Positions 24,720-38,030 of a stretch of DNA of 64,000 bases are shown in pieces (positions within the stretch are counted from its first letter, which is position 1; each line of letters opens with the position of its first letter). The stretch is taken from NCBI GenBank assembly GCA_013265495.1, contig MU058451.1, positions 1,712,167-1,776,166 of the forward strand, given 5' to 3'. Origin of the DNA: Vicugna vicugna. Taxonomy: Eukaryota. Below the pieces are notes generated by a model. The model was not told the DNA's origin, ran no database searches, and worked only from the letters and a program-made list of their open reading frames with translations. The position numbers and the translations under genes were made by a program.

Positions 24720-26180
24720 TCAATAGCGCCCCCGTGGGAAGCAAGAGTTAAGGCTGTTACCGACCCGGCTTTTCTCTCAAACCCAGGAAAGCGGGGTTAC
24801 TGGGGCTGACGGCGGCCCTCGAGCGGAGCTGGAGGTGGGAGGAGGAAAGTCAGGTCCTATCTGCGCCCCTAGTTATCCCCGCACTCCTTCCCCGGGAGAA
24901 AACTCTAGGCCCCATCACTCAGGAGCGGTCTCTCGCTCTGGTTGCCCGGGTAGAGCAGCTGGCCGGGGTCAGGGGCACGTAGGGGCGAGCTGGGAGAGCC
25001 CAGCAGCTGGGAGCAGAAGGGCCCAGGGAATCCCGCGAAGCCGCCCGAGCGCATCCCGGCGGGGCGGCCCGGGCTTTCCCCGCCGCCGTGTGCGCGGCGC
25101 CCGCGGGGCTGCGACCCTCCCGCTCCGCAGAGCGGGAGCCGCGGAGGGAAGCAGGTGGGTGTGGAGCCAGGCCCGGGCCGCGGGGAGCGGCGGGCGCCCG
25201 GGAGGAGTGGGAGGCGCCCGGCGAGGTGTGGGCGGTGCCCTCCCGCCCGCGCCCCGGCCGCGCCCTGGGCACCGGGGCGCTGTCCCCGCTCGAGCGCACA
25301 GCTCCCGCGCCGCGAGGCCGAGCCCGGGCGTCCCTGGCGGTGCCCGGCCGGCCGCGCAGCCCCGCCGCCCACCTCGAGAACCGCGAGCGCCCAGGAAGAG
25401 GAGGCAGCGGCGGCGGCGGCGTTCGCTCCAGCCCGCGGGTGCGCGGAGCGCGGGAGGAGGCGGAGCGCGAGGTGGGGTGGCCGCGGGCGGGTGTGCGCGC
25501 CGGAGCCGGCGCCCCCGAGCGCCCCGCCTCGCCTCCCGCGCCCAGCCTCTGCCCGGCTCCGCCACAGACACACACCCACCAAGCACCCACCGCCCTCCGC
25601 CCCCACCGGCCGCCGCCGCCGCGCCGCGCCGCGGGCCGCCCGACCGAGCGGCAACTCCCCGGCTGGCGCGGCTCGCCTTCTCGGCTCCTTCCGCACGGCG
25701 AGCTCAGCCCCGCTCGATTTTTCCTTTTCTATCCCAGCCCTCTCCGGTCTGGGCGGCGGCGGCGGCAGGGGGATGGGGGCCAGCGAGGGGAAGGGGGTGA
25801 AGATCGATGAAGATTATTGTTCTTTTTAAGGATGCCTTAGCTTCCTCCCGCCGCCTCTCTTTTGAGCCTTCCTACTAGAGACCGTGAACCAGAGTCAGGG
25901 ATGTGAAGAGAGGGGAGGGGGGAAACGCCAGGAGCTCCAGCCAGCCGGGGAGACCCTCCTCTCCGTGGAGGGGAGGGGGATTTCCAGCGACAGATCATTG
26001 GCGAAGGGGACCGTCGCGGGGAGAGGAGCCCCGGAGGGAGCGGGGAATCCCACAGCCCTTTGTGGCGCCCGAGCCCGTGCTGCCTGCTGAGCGGGGTCGG
26101 TGGGAGCTAGGTAAGTGGCGGGGGCATTGCTGCTCCCCGAAGGGGTCTTCCTTTAAGAATGCATCATCGCGGGCAGCCTA
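24720..26180. promoter_or_regulatory. KCNB2: CpG island / KCNB2 promoter
   Basis: Abrupt shift to very GC- and CpG-rich sequence with GC boxes (gggcgg/ccgccc) and short GGC/CCG runs. It is the only large island in the window and lies upstream of the coding exon on the same strand. Confidence 0.92.
25450..26110 (+). other. KCNB2: KCNB2 non-coding exon 1 (start approximate; 3' end defined by splice donor)
   Basis: Perfect consensus donor CTAG|GTAAGT at 26110/26111 at the 3' edge of the island. KCNB2 is known to have a non-coding first exon. The TSS cannot be located from sequence. Confidence 0.7.
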
Positions 26181-29100
26181 GCCAGACTTGAGTTGCTAAA
26201 GGAATTGGAAACTGCCATATGGCACTGAGTGGGCTTATAGACAAAGCTGACTTAACCCTGAGAGGGTTATTAATGTAAGGCTCCGTCCCCGTGGGGAAGG
26301 CGCCCAAGTGTCAGCCCCCCGAAAATCTTCCAAGCAGTCTGCCTGGAAAGGGATGGGAAATGTTATTTCTAGGAGATGAGCTCGTGTTGCCTTCTGTTCA
26401 TTTGTTGGTAAATGCCACACTCACATGCACACACTTGTGGGACGGGATTTGGGGAGTGTGATGTCTCTGATATATGAACAGTCCTCAGAACACAGAGACG
26501 TGCATGCATTCTGCTCTCCAAGCGTGCACGGTCTCCGTTCTGTAGCACACGGTTCCTGAGAGAGAGAACGAACGAGTCTCTAAGGAAAGAGCTTCATGGC
26601 TGTTTCCAACGCACTCTGCTAGTGTCTTGGGAATACCGTTGCCCTGAATGGCACCAAATGACACTGACCATTTGCCTCATTGTTTGCTTCCAGGGCTTAA
26701 AGACCGCTTTCAAAATAGTATGCTGCTTTCCATTTTCTAGAATTATGAGCGTTTTTGTGTATTCATTCATAAAAATTCTGTGTGCAGTATGCCCAGACAT
26801 GCCATGTATACATCATTTATGACTGCATAAGTGTTATAATAATAGGTTACACTGAAAATGTAGGATGCACAGATGTACACCGGGTTCATTTCATTGCAGG
26901 TTCAGCATTCCTTCTCATCAAGTTATGCAATAATGTCAGTATTTTAAATAGCATTTTACATCTCTGTTTTTGCATTGATGCGTTTTTGCATTTTGTTGGG
27001 AATCTGATTTTTTTAAAGCTCAACTCAAAGGAAAAGTAGAGATTTGTTTTTGTTTTTAACCGTGTAGTATTGTGTGGGACAGAGGTCTCTCGGTTTATTT
27101 ACCAAAAAAACCATCGATTGAGATATCACATTTCATAGGACCAGAGAGAGAGAGAAATTCCAGTCAAAAATCAGAAGTTCAACTTGTCAGTACTGAGTAA
27201 CTTACTGGAAAGATTTTGAAAACGATGATAACATTCAAAAAATTATGTAGTTATAAAGTTTTACTTTATTTCATTCTTTATGTGTGTGTGTTTACACGCG
27301 TGTATCAATAAATGTAAAGTTGTCCGAAGCTTACATGTAACAGATATAAGATCTATGGTCAGCTGGACTAGAGAGTTCTTGGTTCTTAAATTCATCACAG
27401 CTTAAACAGTTCAGTGATTTGGCACACTGCGCACGTGTCTGTGCTGCTGGAGATGGGGTTTTTAATGTAAGACATAAATATGTGATTACTTGTGTGGCTA
27501 CATAGACTTTCTGAGAATTTGGAGGGTCCATTGTATAAACAACGATTCTTCCAGGGAATGAAAAGTAACCTCATGTTCTAAAAGAGTTAACATGCCTCCA
27601 CCAAGTAAATAGTACAATCCCCTCCCTCATGCTGTCAGGTTCAGACCAATTGTTTATCACAAATAGAATTGTGTCTGATGCACTCTCTTGCCTTGTCTGG
27701 CACGACTCAGACTCTTGGAGAAAGGAGTGAATCACTTGGCAGTTCTCTTTGCGTTCTTCCTCCTTTTAACCTTCACCTTTCCCTCTCTGCGTTAGTGTTC
27801 CCCAACCTCCCTCATGCACAAATGCACACCCTGCTTCTAGAAAATAACTCTATTGCCTGCCATTTGGAGAATTCTATTGTCTCTGTCTTTTCTCTTGCTC
27901 CTGTGTTTTTCTAAATAGAATCAATCCAGGCATCTGTTGAAACTATTTCCAATCTCACTTGTCTCCAAATCCCAGAGTTCAGTTTTCCAGGCATATATGT
28001 TTGCTGAATATTCAGATGGGATGGGTGAATATTACCTTAGCCAACGTCTCATCTGGCTTTTAAAGTTTCCTTGTTGACACTGTAGGGCAACTATGAATAT
28101 GAACTCACCCTTCTAATCTCTAGTGTGGTAACAAAAGTGAGACCGCCAGAGAGATGAAATGACAAGATATGCTTTCAGTCATGTTCCTTGGCAACTTAAA
28201 AGCATATTTGTGCAGGTTTTTTGCTACCTGTCTGTGTATCTGTGCAAAATCTTATTTAAGCATTGAAAAAATTTTTTTCTTGAATTTGTATCCAGCATTT
28301 TGCAATAGTATTCTAGAGAGACTGGTTCACATGTATGTGTGTGTGTTGTGAAAGTAAACCAAAGGACTGCTAAAGTCTAGGAAATCTACAAGACGTAGTT
28401 TATTCTGATCTAATGCATTTTTTCCTTGACAAATTGTAAGAAAGTAATTAGTTCCTTGAAATTTGCTATCCTTTAGAGACTGATTCCTAAGGAACATCCT
28501 TAGAGTTGATGGGACACCTCCTCGTGTACATTTTAAGTTAAACATATACGGTTAAGACTTTCTTTTTGCTTCAGAATGTAATATTACTTGAGGTTTGCAT
28601 ATATTTGTCAGGTGGATTTTACATAAAACTCGGAAACCTATTATTCTCATAAGCGCTTCAGAGGATTGGAGAGTACACATGCACTACATACGGTATTTTT
28701 TAAGTCCAGAGTTTTTTTTAAGGTAAAAGTTTATCACCTTGTTACTCCCAAAGTGATAAAATAAACTTTAAGGAGCAGCACAAACTTAAAATTTTTAATG
28801 CTTTACTACAAGTATCTTCGTACTCCAGATCGGTAGCCCATTCTTTTCATTGCTTATTTCCTCCTTCGGCTTCTTAGATACATATTCCCACCAACTCTTC
28901 ACTGCAAGTCCAGGCTGTCTGGCAGAAGGTCAAGTGTGTGAGACTAGGGTCTCTGTGGCCTCTGTGAGCCAGACCCAACTGTATCACCTTTAAGGGAAAA
29001 GTGCCTGTTCCTGTAGGCTGAATTGCACCTGTCTATACTGTCTGGTTTAAGGCCATGTATTCACTCACTAACTCATTCATTAATTCATTCATTGCTCATT

Positions 29101-29529
29101 AAGCAAGTATTAGGAGAAGGGTACTTGATTAAAGTATAACCAACGTAAAAGAGATAGAAGACATAATCCCTGCCCCTCAAGGATTTTTTACAATATAGAG
29201 AGTAAAACTTGAATAACTAATAGGAGAATCATGTGTCTGCTTCAAAATCAGGGATTTCCTGCTAACAGAAATACATTCAACAGTTTCATACTTCATAAAT
29301 TAAGGCAGATTGAGGAAGAGGATCATGAAAATTTGTCACAGTCTCTGCATTGGGGAATTACTAGAAAACAATAATAATAATAACTTATTAAAATTTTTAA
29401 ATTTTAAATTAAATAAAGCATTATTAGTAATATTTACATTATTTTTGTTTATTTCTTATAAGTAACATTTACATTATTTTATTTGTGTAAGTAAAATAAA
29501 TTTATTTTCATTATTATTATGACAAACCA

Positions 29530-29810
29530 TTGAGCCAACTACTTTTTACATGTTTTACAAATACTAAATGTTTTAATTCTCACAACCACCCTATGAGGAA
29601 GCTCTTACTAATACTCTTCACTAGATAGCTATAAAAGTTAAATTACACTGGAATTTGACACAACATTGTAAAATGACTATAACTCAATAAAAAATGTTAT
29701 TTTAAAAAAAGTTAAATTAAAGAGACTTTTCTTGTCTAAAGTCACAGAGGATGTAAATGATACCATCAGACTTGAACCCAGGCATTCTGGCTCCAGTCAA
29801 CTACTATGAC
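29530..29810 (-). mobile_element. MIR SINE, interrupted by the L1 tail
   Basis: ttttaattctcacaaccaccctatgagg...aaagtcacagag...cttgaacccaggcattctggctccag. Confidence 0.7.
29646..29706 (+). mobile_element. Extremely truncated L1 tail (~60 bp) with a perfect 13-bp TSD, inside a MIR
   Basis: aaaagttaaatta at 29633-29645 and 29707-29719 flank gaatttgacacaacattgtaaaatgactataactcaataaaaa. Confidence 0.8.
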
Positions 29811-30027
29811 ATTAAGTATCAAGGAACTTGATCCCTGGCAGAATAAGAAAAGATGATTGTAGCTCCTAGATTTATTTGGAGTTATATCCCGCCATGAGAG
29901 GAGGCCGTAGTTGTTATGACAGGGGATGCTTGGAAAAGGCCAAAAGTAGAGACTTTATTTTAAATAGGAGAAAACTCCAAAACTTTCATTATGAATTTGA
30001 AATTAGAAGGTAGTTTAGTTAGAGGCT

Positions 30028-30350
30028 AATTTTTTGGAAGTACAGTCGATTTACAATGTTGTGTTAATTTCTCATATACAGCATAATGATTCAGTTATGA
30101 ATATATATATATATTCCTTTTCATATTCTTTTTCATCATAGGCCATTACAAGGTATTGACTATAGTTCCCTGTGCTATACAGTAGGACCTTGTTGTTGAT
30201 CTATTTTATATATAGTAGTGTGTATCTGCAAATCCTGAACTCCCAACATATCCCTCCCTGCCACCCCTTTCCCCTTTGATAACCATAAGTTTGTTTCCTA
30301 ATGTCTGTGAGTCTTTGTCTGCTTTGTAAATAAGTTCATTTATGTCCTTG
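30028..30350 (-). mobile_element. L1 3'UTR fragment
   Basis: Reverse complement closely resembles 43550-43780 (aaggtcctactgtatagcacagggaa). Confidence 0.85.
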
Positions 30351-31759
30351 TTTAAAAAAATGGTGATTGGGCTTTTATCGGAGTGCTAACGCATTAGGAA
30401 GTACTGGCCTTACAATGACGGCAGAGACTGACGCAGGCCAAGACACGTGATCTGACTGGTCAGTTTCTAATTCTAGTTTATTTCATTTTCACTTTCAGTT
30501 CTTTTTTAATTACAAATTATTTTGGATATAGTGTTATAAATATTTTAATTTATTATGTTTAGGTTATATATCCATATAATAATAGAGAATGACTAGTTTT
30601 GCAATATAATTTTCTTTTACCCATGTCCTCACTTTTTCCTCTGCAAAATGTATCCCCAGTGTACTGATGGAAAATAGAATATAGTCACTTAACAGGTTTA
30701 CTTTCTAGTATATTGTCTAGAGTGCCTTTTATTTTATGAAGTGACAACTGTAATAAAATCATGAAAACATAAGTCAAATCATAAATTAATGAGATCTTCA
30801 TCAACAAAAGTTTATGTAATATTTGAAGGAAAGTTCTTTCTAAATATCCACGGCTTCTGTTTATGTGAAAAATACCATCTGGATTAAAGTTGGACGATTA
30901 AATGGCTAAATATTGCCTGCAGGATGCCATACAATCAAATATTTAGATACAGCCTCATGATTGATTAACATTTTTATTTTTCTCACAAATATTAGGTCTC
31001 ACAGGCCCAGTCACATTGTACGGACAACTCTCAACCTACAATTGGCTTGTAGCATAAAAGTCAGTTTTTAAAGTTTGTTTTTTTCAGAACTTGTCGTTCA
31101 TTTATAGAAACAGTACTTGGAATGATGCTTCGATCTCTAGACCAATCCACAAATACCCTTTTAATCAATAGTATACCTGAAGTACCGTGCTGTTAGCACT
31201 GAAAACACAGCCATTATGTATAGCAATATTACCAGGGAATAATTTGATTTAAATAGTATTTATTGACTGTTTCTTCTGTGTAGGGTTCTTTTAGGATACA
31301 CAGGTGAACAGAGAACTGCCTGGAACCACAAGGAGGAGAGGAAATTGAGAGAGTTTGTATGTAACTGATTTTGACATTAGGCAGAATGAAGAAAGCTTTA
31401 TAACATTGGTATAGGCAAAATGTGGAACAATTGATTCAGACTTCAGTGGAGACAGCCAGGGACTGCGTACCTCCTCAGGATCCTCATTTGTTATTTCATC
31501 CTGAAGGTATCTACTGAGCTTTCTCTCTGAGTCAAGTCCTAAGTTAGGTGCTGGGGACATAAATATGAATAAGACATCATACATTCACAGCCTACACATG
31601 CAGATTCATAAATCACAACAAAACGTGGTAAATTCTATTGGTGGAGCAGGATAGCAGTTCAACTGAGTAACCGCCTAACAGAAGCATCCCAAGAGTAAAA
31701 GAAATATGGTTTCTTTGAATTCCTAGATGTATTTAGCCACAATTCTCTATTCAGTCAGA

Positions 31760-32420
31760 CCCAGAGCCTTCTTTTAAAAAGCAGTATTTTGCAATGTCCC
31801 TTTTACTTTCCTGAAATGATGTTTACAGGTAATATAATCTGTCTATACGTATAATGTTTTAAAAATTGATATAAATTCTCCATCTGTAATAGAAACAAGA
31901 AATAAAAGGAAAGTAGCTTATGAAAATTGCAAGTATATCATTGTGTGTACACTCAGGTATAACTACACTAAAAATGTCATAAAGCATTCAGATGCCTGCT
32001 ACTTAAAATGCAAAATTTGGATTTAAGAGAAAGTATTCAAGTGAATATTGCTGACTCTTTGGTATACTTGGCATTTTGAAATAAGAGTGAAGTAAATATG
32101 TTCATAGAGTGTGACAGTTACAGCTGCAAACAGATGTGGGTGTGCTGTATTTATTGATGAAGCAGTTAACATGAGCAGCATTACAATGGGTGATGTGACT
32201 TTCCAAAATGGTGAGCAAGTCTTGGTGAAGTTCCAAATATGGTAGTTATATTCCTAGAACATTCCTATGAAAAACGATTTTACATACAACACGGTTAGAA
32301 TGTGGTCACAGATGATAATCAAGTCTTCATTTACATGTATGTCTGGTGAAAGTGTGAAAATAATGGAGGATGCAGAATTTCTACCCACATTGTAGGATTT
32401 CTTGAATTCCTGGGTCTTGT
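31760..32420. mobile_element. Probable old hAT-like DNA transposon fragment
   Basis: Recalled resemblance only (tattttgcaatgtcccttttactttcctgaaatga...aatataatct); family not assigned. Confidence 0.35.
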
Positions 32421-32739
32421 CTTCCAAATACTAACAATTTTTGAAGACTTATTCAAAAAGATTGTATTAATCCCATTCAGCAACACTGATTATGGCTGTA
32501 TTCTCCCACTGAAAGAAGCCAATCCAATTCTAATGCATAATTTTGAAAAAGCAGACTTCTCTGAGTTTTTAGTAAGAAGGTAAATTTAGAGGCTGACTAA
32601 ATAAATGAAATAAACAGCAGCAAAATTAAACCATGCAGATTTCTAAGCACTAGAAACAAACTAATAGTAGGCACAATATTTGAGACTGACTAATCTGATC
32701 ATAGCTGTCGGAGTTTCACTTTCTACGCAGGCGTGTCAG

Positions 32740-33200
32740 ACAAGACTTCAAAGTTGAAGTGACATCTAAGCTGATTTTTAAGAGATGAGTAAGTTCTCTG
32801 GGCTAAAAAGGAGGCAGATGGATAACATTCAAGGCAGAGGGAACAGCATTTGCAAAGCAGAGTCATACAAAGGGCTGGGCTGGTAATTGGGGCTCAACAT
32901 TGGCAGTTGTAGGGAGGTGATGGCAGATGAGACTGGGGATTAAATGTGAAAGCCATGCAAAATCACTTGGTAGGACAAGCAGTGGGGGTCAATAGAGTAA
33001 ATAGAGTAGTGTGGTTCAGTTTTATTGGGGGCCAGCTTCTGAGCTAGCACGAGGAAGATGGACTATAAGAGGAGAAGAGATTGATGCCTGGGAGACCAGC
33101 CAGGAGACTGTTGAGGAATGCAGGTGAAATAAGGTCCAGGAGTAGCTTAAAAAGGAATGGTGAAGAGTGGGAGGAGGCTTTGGAGACCCCACAGCAAACA
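32740..33200 (-). mobile_element. L2 fragment
   Basis: aagtgacatctaagctgattttt; aggcagagggaacagcatttgcaaag; gggagaccagccaggagactgttg. Confidence 0.65.
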
Positions 33201-33291
33201 CTTGTAATCCAGGTGTCTCCAAATCATTCAACTCCCAACATAGGTCATAATAGCCAGCTTAAAGCCTCCCTCTTTCTTCTTCAAGGGTCGT

Positions 33292-35264
33292 TGTATTAAT
33301 TAAGGTAACTTGAGCTTCTGTAATAAACCTCCATATTGCAGTAATTAATAGAGTAGAAGTTTACCTCTGGCTCATATGAGAGTCCATTGTGTGTGTTCTA
33401 TGCAGTGGTTTGGGGACCCAGATTCTTTCCATCTGAACTAGGGACTTGGAGTTCTCTGTGTCTGGTTGGCAAATGTGGAAGAGAATGAGCACAGAGAAGG
33501 CACATCCAAGAAGTGACACACCTTATTTCCATTTCACATTCTGTTGGTGTGATAATCACATGACTCCATCCATATACACAGAGGGGAATGTGTAACCCCT
33601 GGCTAGCAGCCACTCCCCAGCAACATTCTTTTATCATGGAAAGGGAGGCACAAATTTTGCTAAACAGTTATTTATATTATATTCTGCCTCTCTGGCTACA
33701 TGCAGAAAAACCTCACCCCCAGGAGACTACCTGACTCCTTGGTCACTGCATCCATTTTAAAGTCCAGGTTCTATGGGTAATAATACTAAATCCCTCCTCC
33801 CCAGATAAATTTGGATATGGCCCCTCCTTGTCCAGATACCATTACACTTGAAAGGCAGGTTGTTGGCCTCCCATTATACATGATGGGCCAGGTATGGAAT
33901 AACTGCGTTCAGAATTCTCATTTAGAAAAGGAAAGAACGGGAGACATAGAGCAGTCATTGGCCGATAACACGAGAAATCGCACTATACATTGCTGAAGAC
34001 CTGCTCTGGCAGCAGGGGAAATTCCTCTGTTAGACTCTGGTTTTGCTGTCTTGGAAGAACTCCATTGCTCATTGTTCTCTGTAGCCCTGGTCTCCTTCTG
34101 GAAGGTTCTTCCTTGTCCATTGCTTGCCATGGCTACATCCAGTGGGTGTTGGCACTTTGATCCTTCTTGGGAGTTATATTACTTTCTTGGCCCACATCTT
34201 GCTGGTACAAGTTGAGATGCCTTGAGGTTGTTTATAGTCACTGTTCTATAGTCACTAGAAATCAGGCTCCTAATTTCTTTGACAATGCATTTCCCTCAAG
34301 ATCGTTATGGGTTTCTTATCTATTTGCTGTCAGTTGCACCACTAAACTACCATGAAAGTTCTTCCCTATTCATAGTTCTTGAACCTGCCTCATTTCTTTG
34401 CTCATGTCTCAACCATCCGTGTCTCCAGTGTTTATTTTGGGGTCATCTGGAACAAGAGGCTTGGGTGGTTGGGTAACTTCATTAATTAGATCTTTGCTGC
34501 ACGGCGGAGTCCTCTTGTGTAACTGGGAAGTCTAAATGGGCGTCTGTTACTCAGAGCCTTCTTCAGTGTCATTCCTCACCATTAGAGTCCCTGAAGCAGT
34601 GGTTCATTCCAGCTTTGTAGTCTTATATTTCTAGAGTTTGGCTATTTGCCCTTATTTCTGGTCTCAAACTAGCCAATTCTTTCATGAGCTCGTCCACTAT
34701 CTTGTAACACCTTGATGTAGGCAGTGAAGAGCCATCACATATTATTAGCATTCTGGCTCTTTCCAGCCATTTATTCTAGAGCTGTAGATCTGCCCTCTGG
34801 TTAGCACGGTTTTGCCAGGGCATAACCGGGTTCCCGGTGTCTGGTCTTCACTGTTCCCTTGCCAGTGGCCAACACCACGTATTCAGATTTTTGTTGAGGC
34901 AGCATGGACTTCAAGGTATCAATTTCAGAATAAGGTAGGATGATGCTAGCTGCTGTAATAAACTAAACTTAGTGGCTTACCATAATAAAGGTTTATTTCT
35001 CACCCACATAACAGTCAAATGGAGAGAGAGTGAGACCAAGTGCAAGCATTGAAAAGCCATCTAGTTCTTAAACCTCCTGACTCAGATGTGACACCAACAG
35101 CGCTCTGCTTATATTCCATTGATGGAAACTAATCACATGGTCCACAGAGATGCAGAGGGGCTGGGGAACGTCATCCCTGGCTTAACAAGAGCATCTCAGT
35201 GACAATTCTTGTTTACAAAAATGAAACCTAAGTTTAAGTAGGGAATTAGCCATTCCCTGCTATA
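33292..35264 (-). mobile_element. Near-complete ancient MaLR (MLT1-type): LTRs ~33292-33681 and ~34927-35264 around a ~1.25 kb internal region
   Basis: Two similarly oriented diverged LTR-like blocks share motifs (ctgtaataaac; gtgacac...aatcacatg; ccctggct). The MaLR internal/LTR junction ggtatcaattt lies at ~34915-34925. Confidence 0.7.
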
Positions 35265-36829
35265 ATCATCTTCCTCCAGAATAAACTGGGGGTGGGGTGG
35301 GGGAAGGGTTTGAATTGCATTCACTCACTAGTTAATCTGTGCTATAGATGGCATCTCCCCCATCTCACTCCTGTCTTTGGCTCTTGACCCAGACTTCTGA
35401 GACTACCACACGTTTTCCTTCATTCTTCAAAGCATCACTAGTATAAGGCTCTTGCAGATAACAGACTCTGGTTGAGTGCTTTGGGATAAAGGATGGTGAT
35501 TATTATCATAGCCCGGAAACTAATTCTAACTGAATGTTAGATGTCACTGCTCCTAGAAATGTGCTCACCATTTCTCACCATGGGGATTTGCCGAGATCTC
35601 TCTGAGACACAGAGACCGGCCACTTGGTAGGCCTTTCCCTTCCTCTGGTCTCTCCCTCCCATCTCTTCATCTAGGATTCTCCCTCTGTCCTTCCCTGAGG
35701 TGCCTGTGGACTCAGTGCGCAAGTTCACAAGGGGACGTGCCTGGAATAGCCAAACAGTCCATTATGCTTTTTTTCTGAAACAGAGCAGCAGCTCTTTCTC
35801 TAAGAGGACTTACTGCTTTCTCATAGTCCAACTGGCTCGAAGTTGTAGCCAGTTTTTAAAAGATATGCACTTAGCAAATATTTATTAAGTACTTTTCATA
35901 GGTAGAGCACTCTTCTAGGTCACTAGGTTAAATGAAATTGGTCTTTACCCTCACCGGTCTTATAGTCTATCTGAAGGCAAACATAGGAACCCCCAGTTCC
36001 CTCTCTAGTGACCAAGTGCAGTGAGCCCTGGCTCAAACGATCAATGTGTCCTTATGAACTATTTAGAAAGGAAAAGTGATGGGCAGAGGCAAGGCTCCTG
36101 AAAACGAAATGGTGACAGCGACATTTCTGGAGTGAGGAACAGCACGTGGGCTGTGGTTTTGCTAGGTTGGGGGAGCTGGATCATTATGCCACCACTAATT
36201 ACCCAGAGATACTTTTAAACTCTGTTTCTGGTCACCTGGTTTGTTTTCTGCAGATTCCAGAGCTTTTTGGTTCTTTTTCTCCTCCCTCCTTTTATTTTCT
36301 AGCAGGGAGTACTCAGGAATGGCAGGATAAACTGGTCCTAAAAGGAGATCAGCCAGGTAGGCAAGCATGGCATCGGGAGAGAATGGAGACAGAGGGCAAG
36401 TGGCAGTTCAAGGAGGGAGGAAGTTAGATTTAAGGAGTTCTTGGCGGAGTCCTGGCCGTACATGGGGAGGGTAGTCTGGGAACTGGGAAGATTTGGAGAT
36501 TTAGGCGGGCAGGGGCAGGTGGGGCAGGCAGGGTTAAAGGAGATCCAGCCCCAGAGGCTCAAATGCTACAGTTTGGGGGTGGGGGACTTAGAGTTTAGGA
36601 ATGGGTCTGTCTTAGGTAGCTAGCTGGGGTCCAGATCACTTTAGACATAGGTGTGTGTTCTCTGGAAAGCTGTGTGATGGTCGCGCTGTCATATCAGGTA
36701 CTCAGGCACAGTGGGCAGGACCATTTCCTTGTACGTCAACAAATACCAACTCCTCTTTCTGGACTTTCACTAAAGCTTGCTACCTGGACTCTTAGCTTCC
36801 CTTCTTGTGCTTTCAATCCATTTGCCCTT

Positions 36830-37480
36830 TGCTTTTTTGATAAAAGGCAAATCTGATTTTAAAATATCACTGATGTCCTTAAAACCCTGAAACAATTTCC
36901 CATTTTTCTTCAGAGAAAGGCCTAAATCTTTAACTTGGGGAGTTGCCATATTCCGTCTTGATTTTCCAAAGCATCACCAGTGTAAAGCTGTTGTTCATAA
37001 CAGGCTCTAGTCAGTCTGGCCCCTGCCCGCCAGTGTCATCTCAGGCACACTTGATCCTCGTTTGCTGCTGTGATTTCTGGCTTTCTTTGAGTTCCCCCTC
37101 AGGTCCCTGGGATCACGTGCCAGGAGACTTGCACACGTCATTGTTCAGAATGCTCTCTCCGCCCACTTTCTGAGCTCTTACTCATGTCTCTCATCTCAGG
37201 TCAAAAGTCGTCACTCAAAGGTGTCTCCTAGGGCTCCCAGAATCGGGTTGGGTCTCTCCAGTCTTACCTTTCCTAGCACTCTTGTTTTCTCCTTTGCAAC
37301 ACTTAACCCAATTCTGATTTTTAATTGTGAGTAATTTACTTCTGAAGTGTCATTCCCCTGTGTGCGAACGTCAGCTCAGTAAAGGCAGGGGCTGTCCTCC
37401 TTCACTGCTTTATCCAGGGGTGCCTCCGCAACTCCATGCACATAATTGATGCTCATTGTTTATTTGTTGATCCAATGAGT
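36830..37480 (+). mobile_element. L2 3' fragment
   Basis: Ends aggcaggggctgtc...cacataattgatgctcattgtttatttgttga, an L2 3'-end pattern. Confidence 0.65.
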
Positions 37481-37858
37481 GCGGGAATGGATGGAGTTGG
37501 GACTGAAGTCAGGTTGTAGGTCACAAAACAACACCAAGAGTGCATTGGCCAAGAACTGCTGGCCAGGGTTGGGCATAGGAGGACCAGAGCAAATTTGCCT
37601 GGTGATGAACTGCCAAGCCATGGCCCTGCGCTATTTTACACTCACACACTCTTCACGTTCTTCTTGATGAGGACCAAATGGTGCTAGAATGTGGGATGGA
37701 GGAGAGTTTATAAGTGGAGGTCCAGGGGCCATCACTGCTAAGAGTGGAGGCAGCTGATAAAATGACCAGACAGAACATGGTGCTTCCAATAGAAGTTTTC
37801 TCTGTCCCCTATTTCAGAAGATACTCAGCCTCAAACTTCACAGGAAGGCTGTCTAGCC

Positions 37859-38030
37859 CAGTGCTTTCCAATAGAACTTGATGTGACGATGGAAAATTTC
37901 TGTATCTGGGCTCTCTGATAGAGTAGCCACTAGCCACATAAGCTATTGACTTGAAAATGACTCGTCAGACAGAGAAATTAAAATTAAAATAGACATATAT
38001 GGTTGGTGGCTACCATATGAGACAGTGCAG
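37859..38030. mobile_element. MER3-like hAT-Charlie MITE
   Basis: cagtgctttccaatagaact...gtagccactagccacat...ggtggctaccatatgagacagtgcag with internal inverted symmetry. Confidence 0.75.

Noticed and set aside
25276..25285. RE1 right half-site GGACAGCGCC (minus strand) in the promoter
   Set aside because: No left half-site at canonical spacing, and it is plausible by chance in GC-rich DNA.
24835..25829. Six long overlapping ORFs (205-321 aa) in all frames
   Set aside because: Low-complexity Arg/Ala/Gly/Pro products caused by stop-codon scarcity in a CpG island; mostly non-ATG starts and no recognisable domain.
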